Part shown: positions 40,822 through 51,517 of the stretch, piece after piece | Position numbering within the stretch: the first letter of the stretch is position 1 | Layout of the letters: each line of letters starts with the position of its first letter | DNA from: Amoeboaphelidium protococcarum X5 | Taxonomy: Eukaryota; Fungi; Aphelidiomycota | Direction of reading: 5' to 3' | Length of the DNA stretch: 64,000 nucleotides | NCBI GenBank assembly: GCA_023515725.1 | Contig: JALDTO010000146.1 | Coordinates: 372,001 to 436,000, forward strand | The notes under the pieces: model-generated | The model's database searches: none | What the model saw: the letters and a program-made list of their open reading frames with translations, nothing else | Told to the model about the DNA's origin: nothing | Position numbers and translations under genes: made by a program

Positions 40822-41420
40822 GGTCAATACTTGAGAGATAAATGGTAATAAGTCAAAGAATTTGGTGCAAAAGTTATGTTATAAAGATGACGTTAAACAA
40901 GTGCAACTGTCGTGGGAACTGCTAAGGGGCACAATCTAAACGTCGCCCGCCTGCTTGATAATCATTCAACAGAAACGCGAGTTTATAACGAATTTGGTCG
41001 TTATCGCGTAAGCACTGTTTCACTGCGTGTAATGGCCAGTTTATTATATTTCGCGGGGTGTATTACAGTAGGTACACGAAGTTGTTTGCGTTTGATAACA
41101 GTTATATAAGGGAGTGGCTTTTTAGTTGAGTCGCCGATTTAAAGCGAAACTTGGAACGCGTTAAATAGTTTGAACGAGCACCGAATTAGGACGGATTTTA
41201 GTGCAATTATGACACACGGTGGCCACTGTTATAACGTGAGTCTCTACGGATATAATGTACCTTTATTCAAAGTGGACCTAATAATTTATTCGCCGTGAAT
41301 CAGTACCAAGGTTGGTAAGTCAGGGGAGTACTGGGCCGCAACACGCTAATGTGATAAGGGGTGGGGAAAAAGGAAAATCTCTGCCTTTGGTATGATATTC
41401 CATCTTGACTGTACAAAAAT

Positions 41421-42955
41421 ATGTTGGTGTGGTTCACGATATTGTTTATTCCACTGTAGCTGGGCAGTGCTGTGTAAAATGACATCTGGGCATATGCAGG
41501 TGATCATTAATTGCACACTTTGTTAGGCCATTTTGATCAATTATATTCCAATGTTGATGAAAGACGTAAATGTGAATATTTGATAGGAGATTTGATATCT
41601 CTGCAACCATCTGGTATGATTGCGCCTGCCACTCTTATTGATTAGGATGACTTCTCGCTCGCATCTGGAATGTCTTTTCAGTGGACATGTCGAGGTACAT
41701 TGTGAAAATTGTGACCCACATTAATGGACATCAGGGTCTCACTTCTGCGCTATACTGCCTAAAACCACTATTTGGCCTAAATTCACTCAATCTTGGTGGT
41801 AATGCGATCCAGATTACTTCCTACCGGTTTGTTGGTGAGTAATATAATAGAAACGCGCCCGGAAGTTACGATATTGGTGGCATACTATACCTGCTGTTGA
41901 CATAAGTTGTGTCTGAACACGATATGGTATAGATGGTCTGGGATCATAAGCCAGTATTATCTTATCAACTGCTCGATCTGCTTCCATCAGATTTTATTAT
42001 AAATAAACTGCCCGACTTACTTACGTATCTTGCAGATCCTGTTTATATTGTTGCATTGCTTACCCGTATTCAAGAGACGCGTTAGAAAGAGTTTGTTGCA
42101 GCCTCAGCTAAGACTTTGATCTACTCAGCTATAAGACGTAAAGAGCTGATATTCAATAAGCTGGTGGAAGGTATCTTAAGAAAGATACCAGGTTTTGATT
42201 TTGTTCTCCAGATGACTTTCTGTATCCGATTCATCATTCAGATCGAGAATGAGAAGAGCAATTTAATGGCCGTGTTGGAGACAACCTCTGCTTTATCGCG
42301 TGTATATTCGTACTTTAAAGATTACCCATCTTTTGACGCTAAATATAAATCTGATATGATTCTGAAGCGAATGACCTCTGCTGAAGTGCCATCTTACGTG
42401 GGTAAGGCAATCAAGTTATTGATAGAGTAGGAATTTTCCCTGGACAAAGATAGTGATCTTTTTTTAGTTGAAGTATTTTCTGCAATGTCTGAGCGGGATT
42501 TGGTGGGTAATTTCAAGTTACCATATGGTAGATATTAAGTGTATACTCAGCTGCCTTTGATCAAGCAAGTTATGATTGCTCGCAACTACCGCGTCCCTAA
42601 TCAATGGGTTTCTGACGACGTGTTCAAGCTTTTGCTGTACGGCGAACGATTCTAGCTGCTTGTTCGTTCGTTTGTCAAGAATGATGATTTTGACTTGGCT
42701 TTGAGAAATGTGATCTTTAATTTTGAGAATAGGCTGTCCAGTGGAGAATTTGATGATTCGTTGGTGTCCCTTTTACGAAGAAGATTTTTATACTCCGAAG
42801 ATGTCACAGATAGTAATTATAGTCTGAATAAGAAAAGTTTGAGTGCGCAAATTAAGTTCTGCGGGTCTGAGCTATCTAAGCCTCATAACTGGGCTGCGCC
42901 TTATTACTGTCATCTTCTTGAGCGCATCAAAGCTTTGGATAGTATTGGATGGTGA
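41421..42955 (+). CDS. Secreted orphan protein, tandem paralog A; frame break at 41651-41702 (68-nt intron 41614-41681 or 1-nt frameshift)
   Basis: Signal peptide MLVWFTILFIPLQLGSA; colinear similarity to the next gene (QVYTQLPLIKQV..RVPNQWVSDDVF, RLSSGEFDDSLV, LERIKALD). Confidence 0.65.
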
Positions 42956-43241
42956 TACTGATTCAGAACTTACATCAGTGGATCTAATTACACGACAATA
43001 ATCATGATAGATAGACCGATAAATTTTCGTTTAATTATTCTGTGCGTTTGTTGCAATGGTCCGGTAAATTAGTTCAACGCGGCTCAGCGAACGTGCCAGT
43101 TTCTCAAGGGGTGACTATACGCAGCCCCGGAATTCGAGGATATGACGAATGATGATGATCGTCGGAGTGTGAAACAGAACTATAAAAAAGTTTTCAAAAA
43201 TCTTCATTATCATCATAAGCAGTTGTAAAAAACGGACAATT

Positions 43242-44852
43242 ATGCTGGCAACATACCTGTTATACATTACTTTAGCGAATATCATCGCGGTTCAATCCTT
43301 TAGCTACTCTGCTCTCTTCCTTACGCGTATGGTTGGTGACCAGAACATACCGCTGTATGACAACGTGGAATAGTATACGCTCTGCAAGGACGACATTGAC
43401 CAGCTTGTATCTTTTGAGTATTTCATTCATCAGGGTGCCACGTCGTTCGACGGTTACAATGGCATGAATTATCTAGTTATGGATTTATCACGTTTCATTG
43501 AGCATCTGGCGTCTGGGCGCGCTAATTTCCCGGAAGTGGATTAGTATGTCAATTGCTTAAATCCATTGATGAGATTGCGATTTCCTGGTTATGTTGGTAG
43601 GATGCAAGTAGTTCACATTTAGTATTTGAACCCGCTAATAGGGGGCGACTGGTAATCACTATAGAATTTCGGCATGATTCTGTATAAGATTCTCACTATG
43701 GTGGTGATTGACCAGGACTTGTCACTCCAATCGGTGCCAGTTTCATCATATGAGTCTTTGAAGTTGATTGATCTAGTCCCTTCTGTCGTCTTAGCTGAAC
43801 AATTACCCCGCTATTTGGCCAGCTATCAGAATGCATTCTACCCCATCCTGGTTCTGCAACATTTGCAGTCTAGCAGGTACTTTGAGTATGTCAATGTACT
43901 TGCGCGATTGTACTTTTATGCAACCGTTAAATCCGAAGACTATATGGTCAAGATACTGTTTTAGCAGTGGATTAAATCAATGTCCATGGAAGATCTTACC
44001 AACGTTATGTAGGTGTATGTTCAGTTTATCATAAAGGAGGACTACGATCGAAACCTGCCTTAAGTGTTAAAAATGCTCCAAGCTATCTCTACACTGTATT
44101 GGCAGTATAAAGACAAAGTGCTTTTAAATCAGGTACCGTTGTCGTGTATTATCTCTAATATGGAGACGTCTGAAGTGCCGGATTATGTGAAATTCGGCTT
44201 TCGTCTTCTGTTTAACAGCAGAAATTTGAACATATATAATGTCGATTTTCTGGTTAGTGTATACCAAAAAATGCCTGTTGATAGACTGGCTGATAACTTT
44301 AGCAACGTCTTTGGTAATCATCAAGTTTATATCAAGTTGCCTGTGCGCCATCAAGTCTTACTTGCCTCTCACTTGCGCGTCCCTTACGAGTGGGTATCTG
44401 AGAATGTCTTCTAATAGATTCCGTACGAGAAGCGTTTCCTTTTGGTAGCCAATGTACTTGTGGGCCCGGATTAATAGATTGCGAATATTGGGGCGTTGAC
44501 GAACAATTTCTATTTGCGGTTGGAATCGGGATAGTTTGATCAATCTATGGTGAAATTGTTAAGTGATCATTATATATCACACACCACTGGTAAAGTCAAG
44601 ATGAGACTAATTGATACTCAGATAAAAAAGTGCTACAAGCATGTGAATTCTCTACAATAATCGAATTTAAACGCGGGTTTGAATGACTGGCTGTATGCTC
44701 AAATGTTTTGTGCGATATTGGATCGTATCAAGAGTTTGGACAACTTTGAGGCTTCGTATAGTTCCAACAGTAATAAGGAAGTTCTGCCTCGATCAACGTC
44801 TGATCCAGCTTTATATGCGTTCATGATGCAGATTAAGACTGATGAAGTTTGA
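43242..44852 (+). CDS. Secreted orphan protein, tandem paralog B, 536 aa
   Basis: Uninterrupted ORF; signal peptide MLATYLLYITLANIIAVQS; QVYIKLPVRHQV..RVPYEWVSENVF, RLESGQFDQSMV, LDRIKSLD. Confidence 0.75.
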
Positions 44853-45092
44853 AAAGAATATCATAGAATGATAGATGGTATTGCACAAGAATGAGCATAC
44901 CGAATGAAAATAAAGTAGCTATAATGCGAAAGCGCTTATTAATCTTTCGCTTGGTGACAACTTCCCAAAATCAATAGTGTTAACATTTTGTGAGTGACTG
45001 GCCATAATACATTCTTTATATTAAACGAAACATATCCAGAGAGAGGTATGATGAAAGTAGAGAAATATCAACTTACTATTATCAGAATATCA

Positions 45093-47078
45093 TCATCTCA
45101 ATAGAGCACCTAGTAAGTTGTACTTCATCGCAAATACGGAAATGGCCACCGAAACTATAGCGACGATGATGGCTTATCCTACATTGGCTCCACTGGAAGG
45201 CTGCTACTAAACTACATGCTTTTCTTCAGCCTTCAGCGCAAATAACTGCTGTTTTAATTCCTCTGCGAGCTTCTTCTGCTGCTACAACTAAGACTTATTC
45301 AGAGCATTCTCCTCTTTAGCGTCCTATAACTGTTTGGACAGCGAGATAGTCTCAGATTCCAATTAATCTTACTATGCCTTGATAGAACTGATCTCCTTCA
45401 GCAACTTATCAACATCTTAGCTTGTACCAACGTCAGCTAAAGCCACTTTAAAGGCCTCTTCAATTTCTAACAGCTTGCTTTCAGTATCCTTCAAATCATT
45501 CTGCAGTTTAGTGATAGTCTCCTTCTACTACTCCGCTAGCTATTGCAAATCTTGAGCATTTCTATTCTGCTACGCCAGAGCTTCTTTCTCAGTACTAACC
45601 TCCTAAAACTTGAGCTCAAACGATTACAAGGATTTCTGAGTGTCAGCTAGCTACTACTGCACATCATTAAATTGCCTAGCAACTGCATTCTTCGCAGAGG
45701 TCAGCTCCTTCAATTACAAAGATAGCTGGCTATTCTCGTCAATAAGCTGGTTCTTCTTGGTCTGCTCATCAATAATTTTACCTTTCAACTCCATAATCTT
45801 ATCCTCATTCTCACTCCTCATGCTGCTCAAATCAGACTCAGATTGTGCATGCAAATTTTACTTCTCCTGAAGCTATTGTTGCAACTAGGACACCTCAGAT
45901 TACTTTTCAGCCAACTATGCACGAATACTATCCAAATCTGCAGCCATTGGAATCAATTTCTAGTTCAGCTACTCAATTTTCTAAGTGGCAACAAATAATT
46001 CTTGATTCAGCTAAGACTGCTACTCTTACAGAATCTGCGAATGCTACTACTTCAACTGATCGATTTCCTGCTTTAGATTCTCTTTATCGCTTTAAGACTC
46101 ATTTAGAGACATTTCCAGATCTGTGATTTCAACCTTCAATTTACTAATTTATTCTAGAAATTGCTCGTCTTGCTATCGAGGAACTGAAGACTTTACTTCT
46201 GATGAACTCTTTTCGTCTACCAGAGCACCGACATCATCCAGAGCAGATTTGAGCTTCTTAATCTGAACACTCTGATTCTGAGCAACATTCAAATCGTTAG
46301 CAAGTTCAGTCAAAACACTATCCAACACTGACTCATCCACAGCCTGAGCTTTATTCGCCTTAAGAGAAGCCGATCCCTCACCTGCAGACTTTGCGTAAGG
46401 ATTCAGTATTCCCACAGTACAGCTCACCTTATGGAAAAGCACAGTCACTCCATCATCGCCAAAGATATCAACACCAAACTCGAGAATGTCACCGCCTTTC
46501 AGCTAACGTGGCTTATCAGATGGCTTACCTTCTTACGACAGGCGCTCTCCATTAACAAACGTTCCATTACTGGACCCACAATCTCTAATCATCACACTGC
46601 CGACTTCTCTGTCATAGTAAACTTCAGCATGAGCTCTGCTAAGAACTTTTGAATCAAATATCAAATTATCAGCTGCAGGTGGCTACTTTGGAGAACTTTG
46701 ACGACCTATTTTCTGCACATTACTACCTTCAAGACTGAGCACAAGTTTCTTGGCAGCAAAAGAGCCATCATTCGGTGCCAGACTGAAAACGACTTGTTTC
46801 GCAACTTCAGAGTCTCCTTACAAATTCTAAGCCTGTGCACCACTGCTACTATCCTTTGCCAGTTGAGACGACTACTATTTTTCATGGGAATCAGAAAACT
46901 ACTATAAGCCCTCAAGATTATAGGCCTTCATCATACGCTTACTCATCTTTGTGGACGGCTTAATGAAAGAAGAACCATACTGTGACAGTTCAGCGTCAGA
47001 CATTTAGCCAAAGTCTCCACCTGATTACTACTATTCTGGCACCTTTGCCATATCCTGACTACCTAAATCTGAACTCAT
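45093..47078 (-). CDS. SLMAP: FHA, coiled-coil and tail-anchor protein (SLMAP/Vps64/Far10; STRIPAK), 661 aa
   Basis: FHA: [42 protein letters not shown]; long coiled coil; C-terminal [18 protein letters not shown]. Confidence 0.88.
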
Positions 47079-47353
47079 AATTTCTTATTTTTAAATAAAA
47101 GTACGTAAACTAGTGTAATTATGCAAACAGGTAGGTAGTTGTTTGAGTGAGTTGATAACAACAAAGAGAAAGGGAAACGAACGGCTGAAACGCGAAACGC
47201 AAAAGTTGAAACAAACTCTATCCGTTTCACCCAAGGTCAATGCGTAGAACAGTTGATTAGAACCCCTAATGCTATACCATTATGAATGAATGCGTACTCA
47301 GTGTGAATAATTGATATAGCTTGATAATTACTGTAAGAATTCATATGATGCAT

Positions 47354-48313
47354 TCATGAACTTTATTTCTTTGTTATCGTTTTATATGAGCCAACGTAAC
47401 CATTAGCCAGGATGAACCATCTGGCGTCTTATATTTTTAATTGATCTATCAAAATGGCGTCAATTTCCTACTCAAAGTCTTCCACATATTGCAGCTTAAA
47501 GTTCTAAAGAGTCTATGCTTTACGCCGCTTCATAATCACCTCGTTGTGTAAGCGTTGCAAGTACATGAATCTTACTTGACGTGCAAACTAATGACTGCCG
47601 ACCTGGCGTTGGTTTATTGATCGCAGTGAGATTACGAATGCCATCAGAACGCCAATATAGGATGGATGTAAGTACCATTAATACATTGAAATTATAGAAT
47701 GGACAGTAAGGACTTTGAAATGCAAAATCACTGGTGCCATTAGTCCTAATACCATTGATAATGTGAAATTGAGAGCAACACCAACCATTTCCCCAGGAGA
47801 TTGACACCTCTTAAGCACGGCACTTTAAGACTGACAATATTCAGCAAACCGCTTTAGATTCCACAATTTAAACTGCTCAAACGCGTTCAGTGTTGATAAT
47901 TCTGTTAATACTTTTACAGCCATAATCTTTTATTTATCTTCACAATCTGCGCCCAGTACTTTCAGTGAAAGCAATGATAGTATTCCAATGAGACTAATCA
48001 TTTCCAGTCCAGATCCAAACAACAATACGCGTCTAGAGAATCTCATTTGATAACTATCAAAGTCTCTTACTGCTCCCAGTTCTATACAAAGACCGAAAAT
48101 AAGAGTTGTTATCACTGATAGAAAATTGCCGCACACAGACGCTAAAGCAATAGAAGCCTTGATCTTGTTAAGCAGTCTTCGCCAGGATTTCTCTTCGCCA
48201 TACACCTCGTGAATGATATTGCGAATGCATATCTCATCTGCTGGATGCATATATAGCTGATCATTATTGAACGCATACTTACGCAAACAATATCGTATTG
48301 TAGAATAATCCAT
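47354..48313 (-). CDS. Hypothetical multi-pass membrane protein, 319 aa
   Basis: ATG-to-TGA ORF under TAR=Gln with about 4 hydrophobic segments; no recognised family. Confidence 0.5.
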
Positions 48314-48826
48314 ACAAAATATTAGGGTGAATTATAAACTTAGGATATGAAAAGTATAGAAGAATTTCACATAATCAAACTCGTTACCAAATTCAGGAAA
48401 TTCGATTTCGATTGTGGCGCCTGAAACAAGGAGCAACGAGCCAATTTATCTCAAATTTACCGGACCGCGCTATGATATTTTATACGTGTGAACCACCATC
48501 ACAATCATTTCAAAAACTTTATATATGCGGAATTTCACCGTAAATGTTTATATAAGTTTAGACATCTGTCTTGTTCGGTTGATTGATTGAGTGCAACTGA
48601 TACAGACAAAACCACCTGGATAAATTCTCAGATTTGTCATGTGGGTTAATCGATCATTGGTACACTTTAAAAAAGCTCCAGCAATCTTTTCATTGGGGTC
48701 CCCACATAGCCCCTTAATAGCAGAGTAACAGTATAGTACGAGCATAACGATAAGCAATTACAAAACACTTCTATGATTTAGTGATCAGATGTTAAGCAAG
48801 GCGCAATAGAGTCTCTTGCAAGACCT

Positions 48827-51064
48827 TCATATGGACATCACGAACTCCTTGTATAGTGTCTAATCCGCTTAGTTCGCAGTAACCAATTTCACTTCTTCCT
48901 TAGAAAAACTTCGAGACATAACATTATATGATCCAACATTATCCCGATATGCACGAAAATCACCCAACATGAAGTACTCATCAGCACCAAGACAGCTATG
49001 TAGCACATTCTGAAACGGATGTTGTTTCGACGTAAACTCCTCCGTTGTCACGAGCACTTACTTTCCAGATCTAAATATATTAGCTTATGCCATTGCAATA
49101 AGTTTCATACGACACTTGTAATGGGTAAACGCCAATAGAGTCTTCCGCGTATTTTTATGGAGAATATGCCCAGAATTTTATTAATCACGCGAGTGGTTAC
49201 CAGTACATCGGCCGTATCACTTAGAACGGGAGGTAGATTCAAACGCTTTCTCCGTTTCTTCACCATCTTAATAGTCAGACACTCGGGAAGAATGATTAGA
49301 TCATAATGCCGCATCAAAAAGTTGCCAATTCGGTTATGCAAATTCGATACATATGCAGAGAATTTGGTGTAAGCACGACTAATGCCAATATCAGTGGGAA
49401 CAACATTATTCTTTGATTACTTCCATGTGTGCCATAATTCTTTCTTCTACGCTTTAAACTCCTCCAGACTCAATTGTCCATTCTGTAAAGCAGCTGCGCG
49501 ATTATCCATCTAATCTTTCAGAGACTATGCATTGGAAATCTATTCACTCTTATTCTTATAAAGCTACTTGAAATCAGGCGCAATCGCAATGAATGACCCT
49601 GCGATCCAAATCGAAGACGGTCATGCTCACTCTAACACCTGGATCCACCGAGCAAGTGTTTCCAGTTTAACGGCAACCCGCATCACGGCGGCTTATAAAT
49701 GATCTAGCACCTTCAAGATTCTCATCTGCATTATTCATATCTTGCAGTTGCTAGTAATACCAATCCGTGAATGGACCTTATATACAGGAGGCATCATACG
49801 AAACAATCACAAAGAACTTTTTTCTTCTTTTCACGAGCTTGAACTCTCTTCCTCTGCCATACCCAAACTTGATGAAACGGGGCCAGTAGTCAATCTTGCC
49901 AGGCTCTTAGAATAGAGGATCTTTGGCATACAGTTTCCCAAAGCTCTTGAGGAATGAAGGCAGTAGGCGGACGCGATTGCTATCTGGATCTACACGGGCA
50001 TCTTACGCTTGAAACTGGTGCATCTAAAACTAATCATCATCTCTATTTGGCATAAAGTTGTAGTCTTTGATATCACCCTTTGTATACTTCTCATGAGCCG
50101 CATAGTAATACGCGCGAGTCACATTAATAATCTCATCTTGCACTGTAGATGGCATTCGCATCCAACGCAATCTTGGGTCGTCATCAGGCACGCGGCACTT
50201 TTTGGCTTTGACTTAACTTAGCGCAACATGGTTCCTTAGCGCTTGTATTGACACCTTTTCTCCTTAATCTCTGGAATCATTCAAAATGTTAATGATGAAA
50301 TTGACCATTTGAAACTTGAGATCCAGCCATTCATTGAATTTGTGTATGAACTTCTTATCAGGGAATATACGAATATTAATCGAGCGTATCTGATCATACT
50401 GATTCAGTTCGGCAATCTCTCGCCGATTTTTCATCTTGCCGATTTTTGGTTTCATGTTTTCCAACGCCACTAGAGATTATTCCGAAAGCTGTAGCACTTT
50501 CTTCTTCTTCTTCTTCTTCTTCTTCAAACTCTTAGATGACGACTATTACTGCTTAGATTTCCATTTAGCCATTAGAGAGTCTGTATCTGATGCAATCTAC
50601 TGATTCCGCATTTTGGATTCAATGATATTCTCAATTTAATGCTGCACCTGACTAAAACTTTACTTCTCCTGGCTCTCACTTACGTTTTGTCCCATGTCTT
50701 TACGATTCAAATTAGGATTGAACTTTGCTGTTAAGGAGTGTTCTGTTTATTAAGATTACGGTATTTGCCAGTCCTTGTCAGTGCATTTTAACAACAGTCG
50801 TTAATTGAACGCGTCTGTGTTGCCATTCCAAACATAATGTCCAAACCATTCAGATTTAGTATTATACCAAGGGGCAAATACTGGAGCAAATGCGGCAAAT
50901 GATGATGCGCCAAGTTCTTTGACTATCCGAATATCAACTTCATTGATCACCTTAGCACACACGGAGAGAAATCCGGGAATATCTTGATGATATGCTTAAG
51001 TTTTGAAATCTTCTAGTGCTGTCTTTGCAGCCGCAGATAATTCACGTTTTTGGCTTGGCTACAT
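48827..51064 (-). mobile_element. Fanzor2 / IS607-TnpB-like RNA-guided endonuclease gene with two frameshifts (probable pseudogene)
   Basis: RSINIRIFP; RuvC-I SVDPGVR..TVFD (D at 49643-49645); LHNRIGNFLMRHYDLIILPE..TIKMV; LHKNTRKTLLAFTHYK; RuvC-II TTEEFTSK (about 49040); RuvC-III RDNVGSYNV (D at 48941-48943); K9 NLS-like tract at 50498-50524; frameshifts near 49600 and 49150-49218. Confidence 0.85.
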
Positions 51065-51517
51065 TTTCAAATGATCAGTATTGCGATGAAAGAATTAGAA
51101 CACTGTCAGTAAGCATTGAATACAATGCAATGATGAGATGTGACACGACCAGTCATCATTTCATTGTGATATCAATGAGGATGGTCGCAGCTTAAAACCA
51201 CTCAGGAGTTATTGGTATTGTTAAGGTATTGAGACAAGCTCAGAAGATTGGCAATAAAGTAAACGAGTAATTAGATTATTGACTTGTATTGAAGAGTATG
51301 TAAAAATATATAGAATCTCATTGATAATCGTATTTAAAATAAGACTAACTATCATACAAATACTTTATGAATAAAAAATTTCAAAAGGACTTGGTGCACG
51401 AATGATTGATCCGCCCATTTTTTAGCTTTGTCAGAGATTGTTTTTTCAATTCATCTTCACTTTAGAAATTGCACGTAGATTGATTGACTAACTGACTGAT
51501 CTATTATTCATACTATC

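Noticed and set aside
41280-41400. G-rich segment as a structured ncRNA
   Set aside because: Only a weak CCAAGG/CCTTTGG pairing and no tRNA, snRNA or snoRNA signature; needs an Infernal search.
49599-49630. GTGAGC...CGCAG 32-nt intron explaining the first Fanzor frameshift
   Set aside because: Its length gives the wrong phase and it would delete the conserved strand after the RuvC-I Asp.
48330-51500. Terminal inverted repeats, target-site duplication or partner transposase around the Fanzor
   Set aside because: Only 8-11 bp AT-rich partial matches, and no TnpA or serine-recombinase ORF; ends cannot be defined from one copy.
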